Shown: positions 29,979-39,485 of the stretch, piece after piece
Layout: each line of letters opens with the position of its first letter
How positions within the stretch are numbered: the first letter of the stretch is position 1
Source of the DNA: a virus
Lineage: Duplodnaviria > Caudoviricetes
Reading direction: 5' to 3' (one strand)
IMG/VR virus record: IMGVR_UViG_3300020465_001196
Length of the DNA: 64,000 bases
The notes under the pieces: model-generated
What the model was told of the DNA's origin: nothing
Databases searched by the model: none
What the model saw: the letters and a program-made list of their open reading frames with translations, nothing else
Translations under genes and position numbers: made by a program

Positions 29979-30945
29979 GAGGATATCCTGCGTTTAAATA
30001 TTGAGCATGATCAGTTGGCTGTTCAGATAATTTAGTTAATCCATATTTTGCACAAAATTTCATAAATCGAACGCCAACTTGCTCAACGTGTTTTGGATTT
30101 TGTGCTTCATATATTTCTTTGTAAATTTTTGTTTTAATTTCTTCTGGCTGTTGTGTAAGATCAATTAGTTTTTTATTTCTTTCATAACATTCTTTTACTC
30201 TATGTTCTACACCATTATGATCTGTCCATCGTTGTAACATTAAGTTATTCCACATAAAGCCTTGATTGTTTTTATCTTTAAATGCTTCTTCTAATTTTGT
30301 TTTACGTACTTTTGGATATGCTGAGAATACATTATCAGCACTATCACCTCTCATACATTTTTCAAACAACATCCATTCTGGATTAGGTGGCATCTTTGTT
30401 AAACCAGTTTTTTTATCAACAATTGGTTTATCTTTTTCATCATAAAATCCATTTACTGTAACAATTTGATTTGCTACGCCATTATATAAAGAAACATTTG
30501 GATTTATTAATTGATAAAAGTCAGAGTCAGATGATATAATAATGTGTTTATCATCTGGATGTGCCTGTGTCCATAATGCTATCAAATCATCTGCTTCAGA
30601 TGTTGATTCACGCAATACTGAACAATTTGTATTTTCTTTTACGTATGTACAAAAATCATCAAATGCTTCCCACCATATCACGTCTTCTTCTTTTTCATTT
30701 GTAGTTCTTTTATCTAAAACTACTGCACGATTCTTTTTATATGGTTCATAAACATCTTTACGCCAACTACGTCCTTCTAAACAGAATACAACGTGTGATC
30801 CTGAAAACATAGTATTTGCTTTTTTAAGTGAATTGAAAAGTATATGAAATGCTAAACTAATTTTCGTATCAAGGTCAGTACCTCTTCCGGAAACGTGTCT
30901 AGCTCTAAAAAATGTATTTGCTGTATCAACTAAAATATGTGTCAC
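29953..30945 (-). CDS. rnh: T4 RNase H-like 5'-3' exonuclease
   Basis: LVDTANTFFRARH, EADDLIA, IISSDSDFYQL, RGDSADNVFSA. Confidence 0.9.
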   Translation of the reverse strand: MTHILVDTANTFFRARHVSGRGTDLDTKISLAFHILFNSLKKANTMFSGSHVVFCLEGRSWRKDVYEPYKKNRAVVLDKRTTNEKEEDVIWWEAFDDFCTYVKENTNCSVLRESTSEADDLIALWTQAHPDDKHIIISSDSDFYQLINPNVSLYNGVANQIVTVNGFYDEKDKPIVDKKTGLTKMPPNPEWMLFEKCMRGDSADNVFSAYPKVRKTKLEEAFKDKNNQGFMWNNLMLQRWTDHNGVEHRVKECYERNKKLIDLTQQPEEIKTKIYKEIYEAQNPKHVEQVGVRFMKFCAKYGLTKLSEQPTDHAQYLNAGYPRATSQANN

Positions 30946-31355
30946 GAATATTCTACTTTGCCATCTTCTAATGCTGTTTTGGTTACCTTTTCAGAATCTT
31001 GACCTTTTTTTAATTCATCAAAAACATCTTGATCCATAGTTTCTAATACAATACCTTTACATAAATCATCAAACCATTTGTTAACTGTTTCATCATCTGT
31101 GATTCCTGAGTACCCATTCTTACCTAACATATCAATAAAAGACTGATTCCAATCTAATTCAAAGTATCCTTGCTTTGGATTGTTTGGATCAAAATGCGTG
31201 TTCAGTACAGTTACATAAGGCTTGCCATCTATGTCGGCTAGTTTTTTTTCTAATGCAACACCTTCAAGATCATTCTTTGCTTCAGCAATATCTTTTTCTT
31301 TGCCTTTTAAGAACCAACTTTTAGGATTATACTTAAACGGTAGTTTCATCTTCAT
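30942..31355 (-). CDS. Conserved jumbo-phage hypothetical protein
   Basis: PYV.V....DP.NPKQGYFELDWN..F. Confidence 0.55.
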   Translation of the reverse strand: MKMKLPFKYNPKSWFLKGKEKDIAEAKNDLEGVALEKKLADIDGKPYVTVLNTHFDPNNPKQGYFELDWNQSFIDMLGKNGYSGITDDETVNKWFDDLCKGIVLETMDQDVFDELKKGQDSEKVTKTALEDGKVEYS

Positions 31356-31518
31356 GTTTATCCTTGTTTTTTAGTTTTTCTTGTTTTAATTCTTCTATTT
31401 GTTTATTGATTACTTTGTCCATTGGAAATAAAATGACATTGTCATATGCTATTGCTTTTATTACCTGTTTTAAATAATCTATATACTTCATTATATATGT
31501 ATTTATTGATTCTGTCAA
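31333..31518 (-). CDS. Small hypothetical protein
   Basis: Short ORF behind the promoter at 31490-31518; start uncertain. Confidence 0.35.
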   Translation of the reverse strand: MTESINTYIMKYIDYLKQVIKAIAYDNVILFPMDKVINKQIEELKQEKLKNKDKHEDETTV

Positions 31519-31868
31519 GTAGTCTTTCCAAGAAACTGCATACTTAACACTTTCAATTCTTCATTTGAAAAACTACTTTTCCAAGTATTGGCCTTATGTG
31601 TTAATAATTGGATATTATCTGCTGTATACCCTTTTGTTGGGTCTATCCTATCTATAGTACAAGATTGTGGATTACACCATTTGTTTTGCCACGTTGTACC
31701 ACCACGTATAAATTCTAAAGTATCTCCTGTAATTGCACATTTCCAATTTTGATTTTCACCTATTTTATAAACATCAAATTTAGTTATTTCACTTGGCCAA
31801 GATTTTGTTCCCCTATTTTTAGCACGGCTAATATTTTGCTGAATAAATTTTAATTTAGTATTATCCAT
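31515..31868 (-). CDS. His-Me finger/HNH-like protein
   Basis: CAITG..TIDRIDPTKGYTADNIQLL..KAN. Confidence 0.65.
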   Translation of the reverse strand: MDNTKLKFIQQNISRAKNRGTKSWPSEITKFDVYKIGENQNWKCAITGDTLEFIRGGTTWQNKWCNPQSCTIDRIDPTKGYTADNIQLLTHKANTWKSSFSNEELKVLSMQFLGKTT

Positions 31869-32340
31869 TGATTGGGTATTTGTGCCTATTTTTTAAAAAT
31901 TCTTCGCTTTCTATTATCTTTCCATTTATTAGAAAACCCCAAGTGTCTGCTTTCTTACCCATAAAAAATATACTCCAACAAGGAATATTATTACCATCTT
32001 TATCTTTGGCTAATTCTAAATAATGCAAATCACTGGCTTTTCTAAATCTAATTGAACCTGGTCCTCTCCAATGTCTGCCTTCTGGTGTGTTTTCCCAATA
32101 GCCACCTTTTAGTATTAATGCTCCCCAGTTCCAAGGATGACTATGTAGTATAGGTTCATCACTCATCATTACTTTGTGCATAGTAATATTAAAAGGAAAA
32201 TTCTTTCTATCTTTTAAAAACAAATAGTATCTTACAAGATACTCTTGAGAGTTATCTCTATTATAGATTATTCTTTTTCTATCTTTAAAAAAATCTTTTA
32301 TCACATTACTTAATTTAAGTTCTTCTTCAATCACATCCAT
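31861..32340 (-). CDS. Cupin-like protein
   Basis: LHSHPWNW..ILKGGYWE..FRKA..LHYLEL. Confidence 0.6.
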   Translation of the reverse strand: MDVIEEELKLSNVIKDFFKDRKRIIYNRDNSQEYLVRYYLFLKDRKNFPFNITMHKVMMSDEPILHSHPWNWGALILKGGYWENTPEGRHWRGPGSIRFRKASDLHYLELAKDKDGNNIPCWSIFFMGKKADTWGFLINGKIIESEEFLKNRHKYPING

Positions 32341-32633
32341 TTCCTTACTCTGTCAACTTTATCCATTTCACCTGGTTCAACTTTTTCTGGTACTGTGTAT
32401 CCTTCTTGTGCTGAATATTCATCTAATTTTTCAACATCATCTTTTCTTTGTATTTTTTCTTTTGCATAAGTTATTAATTCACCTATACAATATATAATAA
32501 ACACAATTAAACATAATACAAGCATAGCCATTGTATAAACTAATTTTGATAATGTTTTAAATATATCTAACTTACTATATTCTACTGATTTATCTTCAGC
32601 TTTAAACCATAGTTCTTTTATTTTAGATTTCAT
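32331..32633 (-). CDS. Membrane protein
   Basis: One TM segment. Confidence 0.5.
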   Translation of the reverse strand: MKSKIKELWFKAEDKSVEYSKLDIFKTLSKLVYTMAMLVLCLIVFIIYCIGELITYAKEKIQRKDDVEKLDEYSAQEGYTVPEKVEPGEMDKVDRVRKWM

Positions 32634-33559
32634 TATGTTCCTATTGCATTACCAAACAAATAAACGTGTACTCTTGCCGCAACATTATAACCTCGTTTAA
32701 AGGCCTTTTCTGCTACTTTACCAGCACCTGCTATTTGCTCTTCTTCTCTAGCACCTGTTGGCATAACCCATATTGGCCAGTCAACACCTGCTTCTTTAAA
32801 TTGTTTAATTACTGATTCCATTTCTTCCCATTCTCTATCTTCAGGGCCTACAACAAACTTTAATTGTCCTTTATCAGAAAGTTGTCTATACTCTGCAACT
32901 GTTTCAGGTTTAATTGCTTTTTCAGGCTTCTCACCTGATACTGTAAATAATTTAGGACTTACACTAAAAAATATTTCTGTGTCTATTCTGTTTACCCATT
33001 CTTTAAATGGCTCTCTAATTTTTTGTGTACCGTTTGTTTCAAATGTCATTGATCCAGGCAAGTTACCTTGTCTTTCAAGTTCTTCATATATGCCTATGGT
33101 TGCTGTTTGACCTGTTACCATTAATGGTTCACCACCTGTAATACATAAATGTTGTCGTTGTCCTGTAACAGGATGTAAAAATAATCCTTTTGGATTACTT
33201 TCATTTTTCATTATATCAATTATTTTATTTGCCATTACAGTTGGCGTTTCTTGGCCCATCAAATCTTTAAACTTTTTTGCCCAAGTATAACTTGAGTCAC
33301 AACCTTTATCCCACACAGGCAAGTCTTCAACTTTTTTTACTGTTGATACATCAAAGTTTTCAAATGGCAAATCATATGTATCAGGATTTGTTGGATCTTT
33401 TTGTCCAAACCCATTACATTGTAAATTACATAAGAAAAATCTAATCCATGCTGTTGGAACACCTGTATAGTGTCCTTCACCTTGAATACTGTGAAATATT
33501 TCTGAATAGTAAAACTTTTTTTCTATAGTTTTGCTAAATTCATGTTTTGCCAACGTCAT
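32633..33559 (-). CDS. queE: 7-carboxy-7-deazaguanine synthase QueE-like radical SAM enzyme
   Basis: YSEIFHSIQGEG..G.P..IRF..CNLQC..GCDS; ITGGEP; ETNGT; SVSPKL; RVH. Confidence 0.88.
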   Translation of the reverse strand: MTLAKHEFSKTIEKKFYYSEIFHSIQGEGHYTGVPTAWIRFFLCNLQCNGFGQKDPTNPDTYDLPFENFDVSTVKKVEDLPVWDKGCDSSYTWAKKFKDLMGQETPTVMANKIIDIMKNESNPKGLFLHPVTGQRQHLCITGGEPLMVTGQTATIGIYEELERQGNLPGSMTFETNGTQKIREPFKEWVNRIDTEIFFSVSPKLFTVSGEKPEKAIKPETVAEYRQLSDKGQLKFVVGPEDREWEEMESVIKQFKEAGVDWPIWVMPTGAREEEQIAGAGKVAEKAFKRGYNVAARVHVYLFGNAIGT

Positions 33560-33606
33560 ATAATATTCTCCATTATGCAACTATTATATAGTATTTAGGC
33601 AATATG

Positions 33607-34137
33607 TCAACCTTTTAAATAGGCCAACATTGTGTCTACATCTGATACTTCAAACGGATCAAAATCATCACCTTTGTCATTTTTTCCAGGTTCTATAAAC
33701 ATTTTCATAATGGCACCATTTTTAATTAGTGCTGAATATCTCCAACTTCTTTGGCCAAATCCTAAATGCTCTTTGTTAACTAACATACCCATTTCTTTTG
33801 TAAAATGAGCATTTCCATCTGGAATCATTTTAACATTTTCACAACCAAGATCTTTTGACCAACTGTTCATTACAAATGCATCATTAACACTAATACAATA
33901 TACTTCATCTACATAGTTACGAAGTTCTTTATATTTTTCTTCATAACCTGGTAAATGTGTAGAAGAACAAGTTGGAGTAAATGCTCCAGGTAAAGAAAAT
34001 AAAACCACAGTTTTGTTTTTAAAATAGTCATCAGTTGTTTTGTCTTTCCAACCGTATTCACCATCTTCTTTTTGAACTCTAGTTTTGAACGTGACTTGTG
34101 GTACACGATCTCTATACATTTCGTTTACTACATTCAT
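33607..34137 (-). CDS. Peroxiredoxin (Prx5 type)
   Basis: [37 protein letters not shown]. Confidence 0.93.
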   Translation of the reverse strand: MNVVNEMYRDRVPQVTFKTRVQKEDGEYGWKDKTTDDYFKNKTVVLFSLPGAFTPTCSSTHLPGYEEKYKELRNYVDEVYCISVNDAFVMNSWSKDLGCENVKMIPDGNAHFTKEMGMLVNKEHLGFGQRSWRYSALIKNGAIMKMFIEPGKNDKGDDFDPFEVSDVDTMLAYLKG

Positions 34138-34577
34138 TTGTCTTTTCCTTTTTTCATGTTTTCTGCTTGGTATGGATCATCTGGATATGCACGTCTTACA
34201 CCTTTTGGTCGACCTTTTTGATCTCCAAGTGTTCTTGGTATAAAGTGTACGTGTGGCCAAAATATACTTTGACCCGCTGACTCCCCATGATTCATTCCTA
34301 AATTAAATCCATCTATTTCTCCTGAGTTAACCATTTCTATTCCTTTACGATATGCTTCTTGGAAACATAATCCAATCATACCAGGAGCATCTTTGGTTTT
34401 TGGGATAAACAATAAATGACCTTCTTTTGTAGGATACTTATCTTCATAAACAGCAAAGCAAGGTTCATCATGCACTGGATTACGTTCTGCCCAAACTGTT
34501 TCTTTAAATTCTTTTGGATTTGTGTTTACTGCTTCATTGTGCCACGGATACGGTTCATCTGACCATCTGTTGTTCAT
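34134..34577 (-). CDS. HIT-family nucleotide hydrolase
   Basis: D.YP..GHLLFIP; [17 protein letters not shown]. Confidence 0.85.
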   Translation of the reverse strand: MNNRWSDEPYPWHNEAVNTNPKEFKETVWAERNPVHDEPCFAVYEDKYPTKEGHLLFIPKTKDAPGMIGLCFQEAYRKGIEMVNSGEIDGFNLGMNHGESAGQSIFWPHVHFIPRTLGDQKGRPKGVRRAYPDDPYQAENMKKGKDK

Positions 34578-35056
34578 ATTGCCCACCATTCTTCCCATGG
34601 ATATACTATCCAACTAGGATTTTCATCTTTGTTAATAAATTTTGAAACATAATCTACATCACCAAATTTACTTGGTTCGTTTTCTGTTAATACTGCAAAT
34701 CTAATATTAGCTGGCCAGTTTATTTCGCCTTGCTTATTCCAATCGTTCTTTAGCCAATTTAATGTATCTCCAGTATCATTAATATCATCTACAATTAAAA
34801 TGTTTTTACCATTAACTGCATCTTGAGCCATCCATTTGTTTGACTCTGGTTTAACAGAATGGTCACGCAATTTAATTTCTAATGTATGCATCGGTACTTG
34901 ATAATAATGACTTAACATTGTTGCAGGAATTAATCCTCCACGTGTTAATCCAACTACATAATCAGGTTTAAAATTATCTCCATCAACGGCAATTTGCTGT
35001 ACAATGTCAGACACCATATCTTCTATGTTTTCCCAGTTATAGTATTCTTTTTTCAT
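34574..35056 (-). CDS. Purine (xanthine/guanine-type) phosphoribosyltransferase
   Basis: VGLTRGGLIPA; LIVDDINDTGDT PRPP loop; WIVYPWE. Confidence 0.9.
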   Translation of the reverse strand: MKKEYYNWENIEDMVSDIVQQIAVDGDNFKPDYVVGLTRGGLIPATMLSHYYQVPMHTLEIKLRDHSVKPESNKWMAQDAVNGKNILIVDDINDTGDTLNWLKNDWNKQGEINWPANIRFAVLTENEPSKFGDVDYVSKFINKDENPSWIVYPWEEWWAI

Positions 35057-36006
35057 ATGTGCATTACTGTTATTGGTTTAGTTTGTTCTTTTAATTTCTT
35101 TTCTTCAGCACTAGGAATAGTTTTAGTTGTTTTTACTGCAACTTCTTTTAAATATTCATCTTGCAAAAGACTTTTATGTACAAAAAATCTTTCCATTTTT
35201 TTAGTATAGTGTTCCCATTTAGTACCAACATCTGTACCATCAGATAATGTAATTACAAAATCTCTTGATAAAAACCAATCATATATTTGTTGACAACTAA
35301 ATCCAAAACGTTCAGGTTGCCCATCAACCATTTCTAATTGCACAATTGGTCTTTGTGTTACTATTGTGTTTTCTGCACCCATTACTACAGGAAATTCATA
35401 ACCTTCTGTATCTATTTTAATAATATCTACATTTTCAAAATTATATGAATCTAATGTTTTAACATCTACTTTTATTTTTTCAGGTTCAACTGTTCTTCTT
35501 CTTTTCTTTCCACTTGGTAAAGGTACTTCAATATTTTCAATATGATTATGTCCTGCATTGTCTTTTTTAATTAATATTTCAAAAGATCCTGGCTTATCAC
35601 CTAATCCATTATTGTATGTATTGATGTTTCCTGTTGTTTTTAATGATGCTCCAAACTTTCCATTAAAGTTTACACTACCATTTAAGTACCATGGCTTAAC
35701 CATATTTTCATCTAATTGTGCTTTTGCTAACACAATATTTTTAAGTGCCATATTGTATGTTTGTGGAGTTGGTTCAAATCCATGCACATCTTTTGCCCAA
35801 GTGGCATATTCAATTGTGTTCATACCAATATTCATGCCAACATCAATTATTGTTTTAGCATTTGGTTTTAATTCTCTAAGTCTTAATAAGTTTTGTTTTT
35901 GGTATGGACCAGCACCTGCAATTCTTTGTTGATAAAATGCATCGTCTTTGTAAATCCAATATTGTCTACCTATTGAGTTATCTACTAGCTCTTCTGTATA
36001 GGACAT
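35053..36006 (-). CDS. FkbM-family methyltransferase
   Basis: IIDVGMNIG, HGFEP, TLDS, IKIDTEGYE..V..GA. Confidence 0.9.
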   Translation of the reverse strand: MSYTEELVDNSIGRQYWIYKDDAFYQQRIAGAGPYQKQNLLRLRELKPNAKTIIDVGMNIGMNTIEYATWAKDVHGFEPTPQTYNMALKNIVLAKAQLDENMVKPWYLNGSVNFNGKFGASLKTTGNINTYNNGLGDKPGSFEILIKKDNAGHNHIENIEVPLPSGKKRRRTVEPEKIKVDVKTLDSYNFENVDIIKIDTEGYEFPVVMGAENTIVTQRPIVQLEMVDGQPERFGFSCQQIYDWFLSRDFVITLSDGTDVGTKWEHYTKKMERFFVHKSLLQDEYLKEVAVKTTKTIPSAEEKKLKEQTKPITVMHI

Positions 36007-36052
36007 TAATTGCCTCCTTTTGTTATTGGGCGGAGCCCTTTATTAAATTACT

Positions 36053-36081
36053 ATTATAGTAAATTTTTTTATTATTGTCAA
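36053..36081 (-). promoter_or_regulatory. Sigma70-type promoter
   Basis: TTGACA-N17-TATAAT perfect consensus. Confidence 0.85.
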
Positions 36082-36089
36082 CTTTAATT

Positions 36090-36236
36090 TTAACAAGCAG
36101 GACAGTTTCTAATTTGAAATTGCCAGAAAGGTTTAAGTTCTAATCCAAGCAATAAATTATCTCCATCTATCCATTGGCCAATTACATATGGTATTATTGA
36201 TGCAACTAAAAACACAATAACAATCCACTTATTCAT
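36090..36236 (-). CDS. 48-aa membrane peptide ending in CPAC
   Basis: MNKWIVIVFLVASIIPYVIG...RNCPAC; missed by the ORF track. Confidence 0.5.
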   Translation of the reverse strand: MNKWIVIVFLVASIIPYVIGQWIDGDNLLLGLELKPFWQFQIRNCPAC

Positions 36237-36747
36237 ATTTGGTTTTGTAAACATATCCTAAATACTTGGTATCTTTAAACTTTTCGTCCATTTGCTCATC
36301 AAACGTTCTTCCAGGAGATGACGTTTCTTTTTGTGGTTGTTCTCCTTGTATTCTACTTCTTAATTCAGTAGTACTCCAATTATGATCTCTACTGTTATAA
36401 ACTAATTCTATTCCTTTATCTATACAAATTTGCTTACCAGTAAAATCTTTATCTTTATATTCTACACCTAGTATTCTTGCGTTAATTGTTTTAGTTCTTA
36501 AAATATCTTCTACGTCACGTTCTGTTTGATATACAATAATTTCATCAACATATTTGCAACCTTCTAATTGTATTTGTCTTTCAATAATAGATTGCACAGG
36601 TTTATTTTTTGTACCTGGTCTATCAATAGTTGGGTCTGTTTGCAAACCTGCAATTAAATAATCACAACTTTCTTTTGCTTCTTTTAACATTAACACGTGG
36701 CCTGCGTGTAATAAATCAAATGTTGAAAATGTTATTCCTATCTTCAT
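36229..36747 (-). CDS. tagD: Glycerol-3-phosphate cytidylyltransferase-like nucleotidyltransferase
   Basis: TFSTFDLLHAGHV, GCKYVDE, SRDHNWSTTELR; start moved to MKIGIT. Confidence 0.85.
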   Translation of the reverse strand: MKIGITFSTFDLLHAGHVLMLKEAKESCDYLIAGLQTDPTIDRPGTKNKPVQSIIERQIQLEGCKYVDEIIVYQTERDVEDILRTKTINARILGVEYKDKDFTGKQICIDKGIELVYNSRDHNWSTTELRSRIQGEQPQKETSSPGRTFDEQMDEKFKDTKYLGYVYKTKYE

Positions 36748-37025
36748 AGTATAAACAATTGTACCAATGCTATTGCATTCATTATTGTAAACCAACTGCA
36801 CAATACAATTACAAATGCCGCTTTACGTATTACTGCACTAATAATTCCTAATGCTGAACCAAGGAAGTACATAGGAATAAAAATTCTTGTAGCAGGATCT
36901 AAAATTGTAAATGTTAATATTGCACTTGCCGTTATTAATAGTGAGGCTTCAACCATTTCACACCAAAATGCCATTGGTGAAAATGTATAACTGTCTTTTA
37001 CAAATTTTTTTATATGTGTTATCAT
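36744..37025 (-). CDS. Three-TM membrane protein
   Basis: Hydrophobic 93-aa ORF. Confidence 0.55.
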   Translation of the reverse strand: MITHIKKFVKDSYTFSPMAFWCEMVEASLLITASAILTFTILDPATRIFIPMYFLGSALGIISAVIRKAAFVIVLCSWFTIMNAIALVQLFIL

Positions 37026-37306
37026 AACCAGGTTAACCTAAATAGTGTATCAATTTTTCTATCATAAATTTGTACAGTAACATATCCTTCAGTAATTCCT
37101 ATTGCTCTATCTGTTTCCATAGGATGTCCACTTACGTACTTTTTAAAATTATATTTTTTTGGATTTATTTGATTTTTTCTAAACCACTCAGTGTATTTTG
37201 TAACTTTTTTGCCAATGTCCATATCTTCCCAAACTTCATAATCTGCATCTTCGCTTGGTTTAAATGTGAACAATGTATGCTCTGAAACATAGTTTGGTCT
37301 ATTCAT
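37022..37306 (-). CDS. Hypothetical protein
   Basis: 94-aa ORF, coupled. Confidence 0.5.
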   Translation of the reverse strand: MNRPNYVSEHTLFTFKPSEDADYEVWEDMDIGKKVTKYTEWFRKNQINPKKYNFKKYVSGHPMETDRAIGITEGYVTVQIYDRKIDTLFRLTWL

Positions 37307-37973
37307 GGCCCTTCATGCTCAGCATCAAATCATAAAACTCTTGCCTTAGTGCTTTATTATCTCTAAAACCGCCTTCCATAATTGCTGTAGTCATATCTGA
37401 TTCATGTTCACGTACACCTCTATGTGTCATACAATGATGTTCTGCTTTTACAACAACTGCAATGTGTTCTGTTTTTGCATACTTTTTTAATTCATTTGCA
37501 ATCTGTGATGTCATTTCTTCTTGTATCTGTGGACGTTCTGCTATGTGATGAACTATACGATTAAATTTACTTAATCCAATTACTTCACCATTTGGTACAA
37601 TACCTATCCAAGCTCTACCTACAATGTTTTGAAAATGATGGGCACACGTTGATCTAATTGAAATTGGACCACTTGTATATAAACTTTTGTATCCCATATT
37701 TGGAAAACTAGTAACTCTTGGAGGTGCTTTAAACCTGCCACCAAACACTTCATTCACATACATTTTAGCAACACGTCTTGCTGTGTCTTGTGTGTTATGA
37801 TCGTTGTCTGTATCAATAACAAGGCTATCTAATACACCTTGCATTTTTTCTTGTACTTCTGCTTGTAATTGATCTAATTCACCGTCTTTAATATATTCTG
37901 AAATATTGTCATTTGAATGAAACCGTTGTCCGGCATCTTTTAATCTTTGTTTTATTTCTTTACTTACACTCAT
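37299..37973 (-). CDS. folE: GTP cyclohydrolase I
   Basis: TARRVAKMY, STCAHHF, GLSK..R, RPQIQE, HHCM..RG. Confidence 0.96.
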   Translation of the reverse strand: MSVSKEIKQRLKDAGQRFHSNDNISEYIKDGELDQLQAEVQEKMQGVLDSLVIDTDNDHNTQDTARRVAKMYVNEVFGGRFKAPPRVTSFPNMGYKSLYTSGPISIRSTCAHHFQNIVGRAWIGIVPNGEVIGLSKFNRIVHHIAERPQIQEEMTSQIANELKKYAKTEHIAVVVKAEHHCMTHRGVREHESDMTTAIMEGGFRDNKALRQEFYDLMLSMKGHE

Positions 37974-38057
37974 TTTGTTCTCCCGATGTTAAGGCAGAGG
38001 GTTGCCTTTTATGTTTCTTATTATAACAATTTTAAATTTAAATTGCAAGATATTTTA

Positions 38058-38363
38058 TTAGTGGATTGTGTGATTAATTGGAGGGTAATAATTACCCTTA
38101 TATGTAAATCCTGAATCAGGATGATTTAAACTTTCTGCTATTTCAAATATTTGGTGATACATATGAGGTTCTGGAGCATGGCCAAACTTTTCTACTATTT
38201 CAGCCATTGTAACTCTATAATGACCATCTTTGATTTTTTCACGAAAAAATTTAGCAAGTTCGTACATAACTTCCTCTTCTTCCCAGGAAATATAGTCAGG
38301 CAATTTTTTATCACCTACCATATCAAACTCTATTTCGAATTTTTTCTTTTTTTTCTTCCCCAT
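38058..38363 (-). CDS. Hypothetical protein
   Basis: 101-aa ORF. Confidence 0.45.
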   Translation of the reverse strand: MGKKKKKKFEIEFDMVGDKKLPDYISWEEEEVMYELAKFFREKIKDGHYRVTMAEIVEKFGHAPEPHMYHQIFEIAESLNHPDSGFTYKGNYYPPINHTIH

Positions 38364-39450
38364 GCGTTACCTCATAATTCTTTATAGTATTTAAAAGATT
38401 ATTTGCAGAGAAGTATTTTTCAGTTAAATTTTGTGCTAATTTTTCTAATTTAGGCATTTTGTTATAATAATTTTCCATATCATGCCTAATCATTTTTATA
38501 AGTTTATCTTTGTTCTTTTCATAACTTTCATACGACTCTGTCCAACTTGAATCATATTTCCAATGTATATCATACATTTCTTTATAACTTAATCTATCAG
38601 GTACCATTGGCATTGCACCAACAAGTATTCCTTCGTATGGTGATATACCTAAAGTTTCTTGCGTGTTTGCACTAAACACCATTTTTGCTTCACCAAGTAA
38701 TTTATGATACTCGTGTTTAGTTAAATTTTGATCTTGACAAACAATAAATTCATACTCTGGAATATGTTTTGCTAAATCTCTAAATATGTCTGGTTGCTTT
38801 TCAGGAGCAATTCTATGTGGAAATAAAATTAAATTTCTTTTCTTTAAATTTTTATAATCTGCAAGTGCATCTTTCATATATTCCATTGGCCAACCAGTAC
38901 GAACAATTTTATTTGTTTTTGCCTGTGGAGTTAGCCCAACGTATGCACCTGCATTATCAATTGACCTAACAAATAAATCAATATGAAAATTACTTGCAAA
39001 ATGATTATGATCAAAACATTCAAAGAAAGAACGTTCTGCATATCTTACCCACGGAGCATCACCTATTAATCTACCTAAAAAGTCTGCAGGGTCATAACTA
39101 CCGGCGTGCCATAATCCATGTGTAATAACTTTAATGCCAAGTAATTCTGACATATACTTAACATTAATAATACCAGGATGCCAAGCATCAGTAAAGACAA
39201 CATGATCGCCATCTTTAACTTTGCCTTCTGTAAATGCTCTTGCAAGTTTTTCTATTTGTGTTGATTTATAAATGTTAGTACCACCAAAGTTTAAAAAAGC
39301 ACCAGGTGTTGTTGCTGGTGGAATATCTTCTGCACCTTCAACTACTTCAACTGTTAAACCTTTTGATTTTAATAACTCAGGAACATGAGTTTTCCATTGA
39401 CAAGTATATCTTGTTTCTACTGATTCTAAATCTATTAACCAAACTTTCAT
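38323..39450 (-). CDS. GT-B glycosyltransferase, candidate DNA-base glycosyltransferase
   Basis: FPHRIAPEKQP; QETLGIS..EG..VP.RLSY.EM; upstream of folE. Confidence 0.75.
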   Translation of the reverse strand: MKVWLIDLESVETRYTCQWKTHVPELLKSKGLTVEVVEGAEDIPPATTPGAFLNFGGTNIYKSTQIEKLARAFTEGKVKDGDHVVFTDAWHPGIINVKYMSELLGIKVITHGLWHAGSYDPADFLGRLIGDAPWVRYAERSFFECFDHNHFASNFHIDLFVRSIDNAGAYVGLTPQAKTNKIVRTGWPMEYMKDALADYKNLKKRNLILFPHRIAPEKQPDIFRDLAKHIPEYEFIVCQDQNLTKHEYHKLLGEAKMVFSANTQETLGISPYEGILVGAMPMVPDRLSYKEMYDIHWKYDSSWTESYESYEKNKDKLIKMIRHDMENYYNKMPKLEKLAQNLTEKYFSANNLLNTIKNYEVTHGEEKKEKIRNRV

Positions 39451-39456
39451 TTTATT

Positions 39457-39485
39457 ATTATATTATAATTTATTAAAAGTGTCAA
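39457..39485 (-). promoter_or_regulatory. Sigma70-type promoter, leaderless mRNA
   Basis: TTGACA-N17-TATAAT; ATG at +7. Confidence 0.85.

Noticed and set aside
15787-33559. Inteins or introns in polB, clpA or queE
   Set aside because: Lengths are normal, with no intein termini or homing endonuclease domains; the QueE insert is only 38 aa
36010-36050. GGGC-UCC-GCCC hairpin upstream of the FkbM gene as a SAM or preQ1 riboswitch
   Set aside because: A 4-bp stem with a 3-nt loop and no SAM-II/V or preQ1 consensus
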